Shown: positions 1 to 6,950 of the stretch, in pieces
Layout of the letters: the number at the start of each line of letters is the position of its first letter
Numbering within the stretch: the stretch's first letter is position 1
Virus record (IMG/VR): IMGVR_UViG_3300048597_000056
Span: 1 to 54,057 of that record
Direction: 5' to 3' (one strand)
From: a virus
Taxonomy: Duplodnaviria > Caudoviricetes
Length of the DNA stretch: 54,057 nt
Position numbers and translations under genes: made by a program
Notes under the pieces: model-generated
The model's input: only the letters and a program-made list of their open reading frames with translations
The model's database searches: none
What the model was told of the DNA's origin: nothing

Positions 1-127
1 GCGCATGTTTTCCATGAATTTCGGCGCGCTGGCGCTGGTGTGGCTGGCGCTGCCGGCCGAGGCGCAGAGCACCGTGCTGCGCATGCTGCCGGGCATGACC
101 GAAGAGCGGCTCGCGGGCGGGTTGATC
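1..127 (+). repeat. Terminal direct repeat, copy 1 (assembly circularisation overlap)
   Basis: Identical to 53931-54057; 127 nt is a common assembler k-mer size. Confidence 0.95.
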
Positions 128-178
128 TTGCTGGCGATGATCGGACGGCTGATCGCCCAGCCGCGCGTGAAGGGGTGA
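1..178 (+). CDS. 3' part of holin-like small membrane protein spanning the junction (starts at 53899)
   Basis: Frame continues RMFSMNFGALALVWLALP...LAMIGRLIAQPRVKG to TGA at 176-178. Confidence 0.7.
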   Translation, partial: RMFSMNFGALALVWLALPAEAQSTVLRMLPGMTEERLAGGLILLAMIGRLIAQPRVKG

Positions 179-357
179 AGCTGCTTTGCAGCGACGCCAA
201 CATGCCCCGGCTGGTGACGGCGCTGGCTGATGACGCTATCCCCGCTGTGCTCATGGAGCGCACCGGCACCGGGTGGCGCGTGGAGTTCATGGCGACTGCG
301 CCAACTCCGGCCGTGGATCAAATGCTAAGTATTGGCCTGGTGCAACGCTCATCGTGA
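175..357 (+). CDS. Hypothetical protein (60 aa)
   Basis: GTG start overlaps upstream TGA (GTGA coupling); own stop overlaps next GTG. Confidence 0.55.
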   Translation: MKLLCSDANMPRLVTALADDAIPAVLMERTGTGWRVEFMATAPTPAVDQMLSIGLVQRSS

Positions 358-596
358 GTCTGAACCTGTATAGCACGGCGCTGGTCTGGTATGGATACCA
401 AGGCATCGCCAAGTTACACGGGCGGCAGATCACGCTAGTGACAGCTCCCAGGATCGAAAGCTGGCGCTTGGCGATGATTGACTACCGACCCGAAATCGGC
501 GAGCGCCGCATTCAGATGTTTGACGGCCCGGCGCGCGACATGGAGCCGCGCGAGGTGCTGGCGGCAGATGCTTTTCTCGGTTCGCTGTTCGCCTGA
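354..596 (+). CDS. Hypothetical protein (80 aa), last rightward gene
   Basis: GTGA overlap with previous stop; MSLNLYSTALVWYGYQG... Confidence 0.6.
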   Translation: MSLNLYSTALVWYGYQGIAKLHGRQITLVTAPRIESWRLAMIDYRPEIGERRIQMFDGPARDMEPREVLAADAFLGSLFA

Positions 597-1495
597 GCGA
601 GCGCGTCGCGCACGCGCTGCGCGTCCACCTCCAGCGACTGTTGCAGGGCGGGCCACGGGAATAAGTCCCGCGACTGCTGGATGATGACCTCGATCGCTTG
701 CAGCCGGTGCTTTAGTGCAAGTCGCGTCGGATTTCCAGATAGAAGCCTGGTGACTGCTTCGGTTGAAATCGCGATCTGATGAACGCCGCCGCGTTTCCCA
801 GGCACAAGCGACTCTCTGCCTGCAATGGCTGTGTCAATAGTTTTGATGGCGGCATTGGTGCTGTGGATCGGCCGCGTTTGCTCTTGGTGATAGCGCAGTG
901 CTCCTCCGGCCACCTTCAACGCATTGCGCAGCGCCTCGTTCTCGACTCGCAGCTTCTCGAATGCGCCAGCGGTATATCCGTACTCACTTGCAATTCCTTC
1001 TTCAAGTCGGCGTTGTAGGTTGACGGGGCCATAGCCTTCTGCGTCGCAGTGGGCATCCCAGTGTGCTGCCATTTCCTCTGCCGCTGCAACCATTACAGTC
1101 TTGAGCTTCGCGTTCTCGGCCAGCAGGCGATCAAGCTCAGCCCGCTGGTCTGCTTGCACTGATGCCGTAGAGGCACGCAGCGCGGCGAGTTCCTTGCCCT
1201 TCTCGCGGATGATGTCGCACAGGTTGTCATTGGTGCGGCCTGGGTGCCACCCGGCATCCTTCATCGCGTAGTGAAACTGGTAGACCGTCGCTGTAGCCCG
1301 GTCGGCTTTGTTGCGCTGAAACTCGTAGTTCTCCATATTGATGCGCGCGGCGTCTTGCAGCGCGGCGAGTTCGGCGGCTTGGCGCTCGATCAGGTCGGCG
1401 GCTTTGCGCATGCGCTGCCCAAGCGGGGCGCCTGCCCTGGCATCACAATCAGCAAGCCAGCGCAGCTTGTCGGCCAGTGTCTTTGCGTCAGTCAT
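512..1495 (-). CDS. Ead/Ea22-like modular coiled-coil early protein
   Basis: ATG at 1495 overlaps upstream TGA; KAADLIERQAAELAAL coiled-coil typical of lambdoid accessory proteins; 3' end overlaps the convergent gene by 85 bp. Confidence 0.6.
   Translation of the reverse strand: MTDAKTLADKLRWLADCDARAGAPLGQRMRKAADLIERQAAELAALQDAARINMENYEFQRNKADRATATVYQFHYAMKDAGWHPGRTNDNLCDIIREKGKELAALRASTASVQADQRAELDRLLAENAKLKTVMVAAAEEMAAHWDAHCDAEGYGPVNLQRRLEEGIASEYGYTAGAFEKLRVENEALRNALKVAGGALRYHQEQTRPIHSTNAAIKTIDTAIAGRESLVPGKRGGVHQIAISTEAVTRLLSGNPTRLALKHRLQAIEVIIQQSRDLFPWPALQQSLEVDAQRVRDALAQANSEPRKASAASTSRGSMSRAGPSNI
1470..1495. repeat. Gene-start repeat A (25/26 identical to 5799-5824)
   Basis: tcggccagtgtctttgcgtc(a/g)gtcat, encodes MTDAKTLA on the minus strand. 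Confidence 0.9.
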
Positions 1496-1695
1496 AGATG
1501 CACCTTCGAGTTTTTCCACCCGAGCGCAGGCACATGCAGAGGCTTCCACCGCCCGCCCCACGATATGCGGACGCGTGGTATGTTCAAGCGCCGTCCTGCC
1601 TTGTTTGCTCTGTGGCTGCTAACGCTGCGCGCAAAGTGTTGCGTTGTCCAAGAACTGAGGTTCCAGCCGTACCACGTCTTGCCGTTCGGTCTCAT
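1492..1695 (-). CDS. Hypothetical protein (MRPNGKTWYGWN...)
   Basis: ATGA overlaps at both ends. Confidence 0.6.
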   Translation of the reverse strand: MRPNGKTWYGWNLSSWTTQHFARSVSSHRANKAGRRLNIPRVRISWGGRWKPLHVPALGWKNSKVHL

Positions 1696-2237
1696 CCCTT
1701 CCCCCTCATCCTCTCGATCACGATGCGCTCGATGGCGCGCACAAGGTCCATCAGCACCGGCATCGCAAGTCCTGCTCTTGCGCCGTTGATAGACATGATT
1801 TCCTGACTGTTCCACACATCATCTGCACTCAGCGGCTCGGGCACTGGCTGCGCCTCACTCTGCGCCTCACTCTGCGCCAGTGCTGCGCGGGCAATGTCGC
1901 CGGCTTTCTTCATGCGATCCCATGCGCGCCCAACATCAAGATGGCCGGCAGATGGTGCGATCTGAAACGTGAGTCGGTAATGCGCCTCTGCTTGCTCAAG
2001 CTCGTCCATCGCCGCGCGCAGGGCCGCGCAGATTTCCTCTAGGCCCTTCATCTTGTTTTCAATGTCGGCAATGGCCGTCACGTCGTCGCGGTGCGCCAGC
2101 TTCAGCAGCCGAATGGCATCCAGCGTGCGCTGAGTCGTGTTGCATCCGTCCTGTGGCAAGCCAAGTTCGTCGTCAATCGCCGCAAGCGCGCGGATCATCT
2201 GTGTCCATAGGGCCTGGGTTCCTGTGTTGTCGCTCAT
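1692..2237 (-). CDS. Hypothetical early protein (modular, Eaa/Ea22-like C-terminus)
   Basis: GAGGA SD before ATG; C-terminus RAIERIVIE shared with 4661-5824; short 12-bp tandem (QSEA) near 1848-1878. Confidence 0.7.
   Translation of the reverse strand: MSDNTGTQALWTQMIRALAAIDDELGLPQDGCNTTQRTLDAIRLLKLAHRDDVTAIADIENKMKGLEEICAALRAAMDELEQAEAHYRLTFQIAPSAGHLDVGRAWDRMKKAGDIARAALAQSEAQSEAQPVPEPLSADDVWNSQEIMSINGARAGLAMPVLMDLVRAIERIVIERMRGKG
1713..1739. repeat. Gene-end repeat B (27 bp identical to 4685-4711)
   Basis: ctcgatcacgatgcgctcgatggcgcg, encodes RAIERIVIE on the minus strand. Confidence 0.9.
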
Positions 2238-2262
2238 AGTTCCTCTCGTTTCTCCACCAGCC

Positions 2263-2329
2263 GCCTAACCCCCGGTTCAAGCGGAGTCACCCGGCAGGCC
2301 GGGTGCCCCGCTTAACCGGAACGTTAGAA
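2263..2329 (+). mobile_element. attC site 1 (67 bp)
   Basis: R'' GCCTAAC-ccccg-L'' GTTCAAGC ... L' GCTTAAC-cggaac-R' GTTAGAA; extra C in L''; central inverted repeat cacccggc/gccgggtg. Confidence 0.9.
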
Positions 2330-2815
2330 GGCGTCCGCTTCTCGTTGCACCGTGCGCGCCAGCAGTGCGGCCCACACGGCACCACCGAGCACCTTCGCCA
2401 CGAACTGCAGGGCAACGATGTGCGGCATCAGCACACCAAAGGCAAGCGTCGGGAAAAGCAGCGAGTCCACCGCAGCGCCTGCCACGTTCGAGCCGTTGGC
2501 ACGGTACAGCCAAGACCCGCGCAGCCGCGCGAACGTCGCCCAATCCACCAGGGACGCAGCGGTGAATGCCACGCTCGACGCCACGGCGATCATCCCCGCT
2601 GCCGGGTTCAGTGCGTAGGTCAGAAGCCCCGTGGAGGCGATCAGCGCTCCCATCTGCCAAGCGCGCAGTCGAACGTGCAGCCAGTCGCGCAGCGCCAGGT
2701 CCAACCCGATCAGCACGAAGGCATTGATCGGGCTCACCCACGGCCCGAAGTGGGCGATGGTCAGGTTCGCCACGGTCATCGCGGCGGCATAGATCAGGAT
2801 TGCAATGGTCAGCAT
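2324..2815 (-). CDS. VUT/YhhQ-family queuosine-precursor (preQ0/preQ1) transporter-like membrane protein
   Basis: Multi-TM; motifs ANL, IGLDLALRDWLH, ASLVDW, SNVAGAAVDSLLFPTLAFG, QFVAKVLGG. Confidence 0.8.
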   Translation of the reverse strand: MLTIAILIYAAAMTVANLTIAHFGPWVSPINAFVLIGLDLALRDWLHVRLRAWQMGALIASTGLLTYALNPAAGMIAVASSVAFTAASLVDWATFARLRGSWLYRANGSNVAGAAVDSLLFPTLAFGVLMPHIVALQFVAKVLGGAVWAALLARTVQREADAF

Positions 2816-3492
2816 AGAGCCTCTTGAATTGGCCGCTCAGTCCAAAGAGTCGGCGGGTTGGTGGAGTCGATACGCTGCGCCATGCACTCAGCGCAGGTTG
2901 TGGAACCGCGGTTTTTGAAGTTGCGGCCTACGTTCGTGGAATCCGCGCTCGCCAGCGGCCACGGGCCGGCAGCGTGCCCCAGCATGCGCAGGCCGTGCAG
3001 CCAGGGCACGCGGCCAAACTGCTGCACAAGCGCGTTAAATGTCTCGTCCATGCGCCCAGCCCACGCGGCCGAGCCAACCTGCCAGAACTCGCCGCTACTG
3101 CCGATGCACACGCGGGGCCAGTCGTTGCACAGGTCAAACAGGTATTCCAGCGGCAGGCCCAGGTGCCACACTGGCGCCCCGTACTCCTTGCGGTGCGGCC
3201 AGGTCGCCACCATCGCGCGCTGCTGTTCAACGCCGCCGCCTATCTCGTCTGGCACTACAGCCCAGTGCGGGTGCGCCAGATGCGGCTCGATCCAGCGGTA
3301 AAAGCCAGGCGCATCAAACGCTATGCCGCGCGTCTTCACGCTGAACGCGCCGTTGTCCAGCATCACACTTTGCCCAATTCTCAGGCACGTACTCAAGTCC
3401 TGCGGCGCAGCGTAGCTCACGCAGAACATGCGCCCCGCCATCGCGCTCAAGCTGGCGCGCGGCGTGATTGGGGTTCCGTGGTAGTGCAGCAC
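2809..3492 (-). CDS. TGT-fold (queuine transglycosylase/DpdA-like) protein
   Basis: Motifs LDNGAFS, VVPDEIGG, PVWH, GSSG, HGLRML, SADSTN; overlaps the transporter gene. Confidence 0.65.
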   Translation of the reverse strand: MLHYHGTPITPRASLSAMAGRMFCVSYAAPQDLSTCLRIGQSVMLDNGAFSVKTRGIAFDAPGFYRWIEPHLAHPHWAVVPDEIGGGVEQQRAMVATWPHRKEYGAPVWHLGLPLEYLFDLCNDWPRVCIGSSGEFWQVGSAAWAGRMDETFNALVQQFGRVPWLHGLRMLGHAAGPWPLASADSTNVGRNFKNRGSTTCAECMAQRIDSTNPPTLWTERPIQEALC

Positions 3493-3518
3493 TCAATCCT
3501 TCCGCTTCGGAAACAGCC

Positions 3519-3540
3519 TTCTAACCCCGCATTCGAGCGG
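3519..3540 (+). mobile_element. Partial attC (left arm only)
   Basis: R'' TTCTAAC-cccgc-L'' ATTCGAGC-gg; gccttctaac (3516-3525) is the exact reverse complement of gttagaaggc (2323-2332); no matching L'/R' follows. Confidence 0.75.
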
Positions 3541-3542
3541 CC

Positions 3543-3791
3543 TCACAGCAGCGTGGCGGGCATCCACCCGCCTTCTGTCAGCCATATCGCCAGTTCGCGG
3601 CGCTTCATCGCCGGTTGCGTCATGCCGTCAGAGAGGGACACCATCACGAAGCGCGCATCCCCATGCTCTGCGGCCAGGAAGCCGATCAGCAGCCGCTCTC
3701 TGATCGTCTGCTTGCCGACTTGTCGGCCGGGAATCACGTCGCTCTCTTCCCAAGAGACTCGCATAGTCGTTCCTTTCGTTCCGGCCACCAT
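3543..3791 (-). CDS. Hypothetical cassette protein; frame stays open upstream through attC2
   Basis: ATG at 3791; in-frame upstream TTNDARGLPAGSPLEQLVRP is encoded by the attC. Confidence 0.6.
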   Translation of the reverse strand: MVAGTKGTTMRVSWEESDVIPGRQVGKQTIRERLLIGFLAAEHGDARFVMVSLSDGMTQPAMKRRELAIWLTEGGWMPATLL

Positions 3792-3793
3792 AG

Positions 3794-3889
3794 GCCGAAC
3801 TAGTTGTTCGAGCGGACTGCCTGCCGGCAGTCCTCGTGCATCATTCGTCGTCAGCGCGGGCAGGCATCCGCTCAACGCCGACGTTATGC
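3794..3889 (+). mobile_element. attC site 2 (96 bp)
   Basis: R'' GCCGAAC-tagtt-L'' GTTCGAGC-ggactgcctgcc ... ggcaggcatcc-L' GCTCAAC-gccgac-R' GTTATGC. Confidence 0.88.
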
Positions 3890-3890
3890 G

Positions 3891-4664
3891 TCAGATCAAA
3901 GCGCGGATGGCGGCTCCACGCCCGCATCCTCCACGCTGACTATCGTTGTCAAGACACTCGTGCAGGACATGCGGACGGCCAAGCGAGGCGCGCAGCTCGG
4001 CATTAGCCTTGAATAGCAGCGCGTAGGCTTCCTTTAGCTCAGCGATTTCTTCCTCATCTGCTTTGCTGGCGCGTGGCGTCAACCCCGGCACAAACTGCCC
4101 AGCGTCAAGACGGTGAAGCGCATCCATGACGGTCTCGACGGTCGGCGCATCGGTGCTAATTGAGCCATCGGCGCCTAGCTTTGCCATCATGTGCGACACG
4201 GCAGCGTAGAGGCTCGACCATTCAAAGTTGTCTGCCGCGAGCTTTGCTGGCGCTGCTGGGGCGGCTGTGTAAAGCGGAAAATCAAGAACTGTTTCTGACC
4301 CAGACGGAACACAATGAAATTCACATAGTCCATCGGGCCATTTCCACATCCATGCCACCGGCTCGGCCTGTTCTGTGGGCTGCGACTCTTTGAGCGCGTG
4401 TACGAAAGCAAGGCGCGCTGAATCGGCTAAGTTATCCGGCATGTCGCCGTGGATGCATCGCAGAATCTCCATGAACCTGTCACCCAACTCTAGCGCCACC
4501 GGCTCGGCCTGTTCTGTGGGCTGCGCTAGGGCTGCGCGAAGTTGCTCAATGACTTCGGGGCACCAGACGGTGATTGCCTCGACGGTGCCGTCATCGTGAT
4601 CTGTGCATCCGCCTTGCAGGTTCTCCAGCACTTCCAGCGCAGCGCGCATTGCTTGTTCGCTCAT
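3891..4664 (-). CDS. Ea22/Eaa-like modular protein with repeated QPTEQAEPVA linker
   Basis: ATG at 4664 overlaps upstream TGA; EPVAW and PLYTAAP motifs; stop lies 1 nt from attC2 R'. Confidence 0.7.
   Translation of the reverse strand: MSEQAMRAALEVLENLQGGCTDHDDGTVEAITVWCPEVIEQLRAALAQPTEQAEPVALELGDRFMEILRCIHGDMPDNLADSARLAFVHALKESQPTEQAEPVAWMWKWPDGLCEFHCVPSGSETVLDFPLYTAAPAAPAKLAADNFEWSSLYAAVSHMMAKLGADGSISTDAPTVETVMDALHRLDAGQFVPGLTPRASKADEEEIAELKEAYALLFKANAELRASLGRPHVLHECLDNDSQRGGCGRGAAIRALI
4354..4525. repeat. 31-bp direct repeat (4354-4384 and 4495-4525) encoding QPTEQAEPVA
   Basis: gccaccggctcggcctgttctgtgggctgcg occurs twice. Confidence 0.9.
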
Positions 4665-5824
4665 GGCATTTGCCCTCCCACACACTCGATCACGATGCGC
4701 TCGATGGCGCGGGCAACTCGACGCATGTCGCTCATCGTCTGCCATCCACCAGAACCGTGCGATGTAGAAACGCTGTCGATCTGCTCATCACTCAGCGGCA
4801 CATAGGGTGCGCTTGCTGGTGGCGGGTGGTAGTACACGGGGCGAACAACCCATGTCGCGGCATCTTCAATGTCGTCTTCGTTTATGGCATCGTTGATGTG
4901 CTCGTGGGCGGCTTCTTCCCATGCGGCGGCGTGTTCTAGGCTCAACGATCCGTCGCTGTTGACGCTGCACACATGCCACGCAACCGGCTCTGCGCTCACG
5001 CTGGGCTGCGCCTCCTGCCGGCCGCGATCAATCAGCGCTTGCGCGTCAGACGAGACGCACGGGTCAAGCCAGATGTCGTGATGCCATTGCAGCAACTTGT
5101 TCAAGTCGTCATAGGGCTCCGTCGCTACGCCAAGATGCGCGACAACAAGGGCCTCATCAATCGCCTCTCGCCAAGGGTTGCGCGCCTGCTGCGGTGCTGG
5201 GGGTGCGGCGTAGAGCATGGCGCGGTAGCATTCAACCCATCGGAATTGCGCCGGCAGCGGGTGCGCGGAAGGCCCGACAGCGCGCCAATACTTCTCTGCG
5301 GCCTCGGCCATTGCAGAAGTAAATGGCGCGCGGCAACAGGCGCTATCTGCCGGCTCATTTCCAGCGCAATATGGGTAGGTGCATAGCGCCACCGGCTCAC
5401 CCTGCGCGTGCTGCGTCAATGGCGGCGCCCATTGCTGATTCCCAGCAGTGGTGCCGCTGCTCATTCGGCCCGTCAACATCTGTGTAGAAAGTTGCGCCCG
5501 CATCGCGCAGCCCCGATACCGCTCCGCATCCGCCTTCAGCGCCTCGCGCTCGGCCCGCAGCGCGGCAATCTCTGCGGCCTGCTGCTCGATCTCTCTGCGC
5601 GCCTTCAGCAGCAGTTCTTCGCGCACCCACTGGGCGACGCCATCTGCGCGCCAGCCCATGCAGTTTTCTCGCCCACAGCGCGCCAGCTTTTCCAGTTCCG
5701 ACGCCTGCTGCTCGATCATGTCTGCGGCTTTGGATTCAAGCGCTGCAACATCTCGATAGCCTAGTGATGTCATCCAGCTTTCGTTTTCGCGTAGCCGCTC
5801 GGCCAGTGTCTTTGCGTCGGTCAT
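4661..5824 (-). CDS. Ead/Ea22-like modular protein
   Basis: KAADMIEQQA coiled coil, LKADAERYR, two EPVA linkers, YRAMLYAAP, PLSDEQI modules. Confidence 0.7.
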   Translation of the reverse strand: MTDAKTLAERLRENESWMTSLGYRDVAALESKAADMIEQQASELEKLARCGRENCMGWRADGVAQWVREELLLKARREIEQQAAEIAALRAEREALKADAERYRGCAMRAQLSTQMLTGRMSSGTTAGNQQWAPPLTQHAQGEPVALCTYPYCAGNEPADSACCRAPFTSAMAEAAEKYWRAVGPSAHPLPAQFRWVECYRAMLYAAPPAPQQARNPWREAIDEALVVAHLGVATEPYDDLNKLLQWHHDIWLDPCVSSDAQALIDRGRQEAQPSVSAEPVAWHVCSVNSDGSLSLEHAAAWEEAAHEHINDAINEDDIEDAATWVVRPVYYHPPPASAPYVPLSDEQIDSVSTSHGSGGWQTMSDMRRVARAIERIVIECVGGQMP

Positions 5825-5871
5825 GGCAGGCTCTGTTAGCGGACTAGGGTGTCTGCCAATTCACGTTGGGC
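5824..5871 (+). mobile_element. Partial attC (central stem plus right arm)
   Basis: tggcaggc...gtctgccaat-tcac-R' GTTGGGC; gttgggctgcac (5865-5876) is the exact reverse complement of gtgcagcccaac (6135-6146); R'' position occupied by repeat A. Confidence 0.7.
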
Positions 5872-6212
5872 TGCACATCCAAACCGCCGCACACGTCCAG
5901 CAGCATCATTGCCATGTTGGCAACGTCTGCCGAGTGTTCGCGGATCAGCGCGCCGTCCTTGTTCTTCACGGCCGCCGACAGCTTTGCGGTGTGCCAATAG
6001 ATTTCCAGCAGCCCGACTTCTGGCGTCATCGACAGCCAGCCGGGCCGGTCCCCTTTGCGGGCGTTGGCGTGCAGCTCGGCCTCCATCAGCGTCACAAATG
6101 GCCCCAGCACGTTGCCGTACTTGCCATGTAGCGCGTGCAGCCCAACTGGTCGTTGCACCTGAACCCCTTCGGCGGGCGGCTCAGTGGCGTTCGGGAACTC
6201 GGTGGTGCTCAT
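5844..6212 (-). CDS. MazG-like / dNTP pyrophosphohydrolase-like helical protein (cassette gene)
   Basis: NARKGDRPGW and EHSADVANMAMMLLD motifs; starts inside attC3 and stops inside the partial attC. Confidence 0.55.
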   Translation of the reverse strand: MSTTEFPNATEPPAEGVQVQRPVGLHALHGKYGNVLGPFVTLMEAELHANARKGDRPGWLSMTPEVGLLEIYWHTAKLSAAVKNKDGALIREHSADVANMAMMLLDVCGGLDVQPNVNWQTP

Positions 6213-6255
6213 GCTTGGTCAGCGCCTCAGTGGTCAGGTGAACTTTGCGTTGGGC
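6140..6255 (+). mobile_element. attC site 3 (116 bp)
   Basis: R'' GCCCAAC-tggtc-L'' GTTGCACC-tga ... tca-L' GGTGAAC-tttgc-R' GTTGGGC. Confidence 0.88.
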
Positions 6256-6494
6256 GTCTTCAGGTTCGCCCGCAGTGTGGTCAGCGCGGCCACTATCCCG
6301 GCATCCTGGCCACGCCAGTAACTGCCCGGCTGCCCTGCCGGTTTCATCGGGTCCACCATCTGCCAAGTCAGGCGCAGGGCTTCTTCCCAGCGTGCCGTTT
6401 CGGCGTCAAGCGCAGCCCGCAGCAGTGAGGCTTCGGTTTCGGCCTTCATGGCGCGCTGCAGCAGCGCGAGGTCCATCTGCAGTTCAACGTGCAT
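6234..6494 (-). CDS. Hypothetical cassette protein
   Basis: MHVELQMDLALL...; ends PNAKFT-stop inside attC3. Confidence 0.65.
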   Translation of the reverse strand: MHVELQMDLALLQRAMKAETEASLLRAALDAETARWEEALRLTWQMVDPMKPAGQPGSYWRGQDAGIVAALTTLRANLKTPNAKFT

Positions 6495-6498
6495 GGCG

Positions 6499-6687
6499 TC
6501 AGCCGCGCTTGGTGGCGCGCTCCCAGATGGTGTCCAGCGTTTCGACCTGCTTCGCGCTCGGGCGGCGGCCTTCGGCAAGCTGCCGCTGTAGCGAGTCCAC
6601 AAAGCCGAGCTCCCAATCGCTCAAGCGCTCGCTGCGCTTCTCGCAGTCTTCCAGCAGCGTCAGGTACTCATCAGCCCAGGTAGTCAT
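6499..6687 (-). CDS. Hypothetical cassette protein (LSDWELGFVDSL...KQVETLDTIWE)
   Basis: GGAGGA SD before ATG at 6687; motif familiar from small phage proteins. Confidence 0.7.
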   Translation of the reverse strand: MTTWADEYLTLLEDCEKRSERLSDWELGFVDSLQRQLAEGRRPSAKQVETLDTIWERATKRG

Positions 6688-6907
6688 CTTCGTCCTCCGG
6701 CCATCCGTGGCACAAGCATTCGCAGGGGTCTTCCGGGCCATCGCCGCCGTAGCGAATCCAGGCGCACATGCTGCCGTCGTGGTGCGCGCAGACGCAGCCG
6801 TAAGTGCCACGCGGCCCCTCGGCGTCCGTGCCTTCGTTCACCGGCCGCCCAACTGACGCTTCGAGCCGACCCACAACAGGCCGGCTAGTTTGGTTCGCTT
6901 CGGTCAT
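6671..6907 (-). CDS. Small Cys/His-rich cassette protein (CxC...CECLCH)
   Basis: GAGGA SD and ATG both lie in the loop of attC4. Confidence 0.65.
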   Translation of the reverse strand: MTEANQTSRPVVGRLEASVGRPVNEGTDAEGPRGTYGCVCAHHDGSMCAWIRYGGDGPEDPCECLCHGWPEDEDDYLG

Positions 6908-6949
6908 GTTTCCTCGGCCTGTTGCGGTCGGCTCAAGCTAACGTTAGGC
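6847..6949 (+). mobile_element. attC site 4 (103 bp)
   Basis: R'' GCCCAAC-tgacg-L'' CTTCGAGC-cgacc..caacaggccg ... cggcctgttg..ggtcg-L' GCTCAAG-ctaac-R' GTTAGGC. Confidence 0.9.
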
Positions 6950-6950
6950 C

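Larger units (their letters stand above)
2263..6949 (+). mobile_element. Integron-type cassette array lacking an integrase (CALIN-like) with antisense genes
   Basis: Four complete and two partial attC sites in the same orientation; complementary cassette ends; no IntI or tyrosine recombinase recognised in the genome. Confidence 0.85.

Noticed and set aside
1-127. 127-bp terminal repeat as a biological direct terminal repeat or att site
   Set aside because: It lies mid-gene and equals a common assembler k-mer, so a circularisation overlap explains it better
2263-2329. Hairpin read as a simple rho-independent terminator or REP element
   Set aside because: No U-tract; it has the R/L box spacing and extra base of attC and recurs with different sequence but the same architecture
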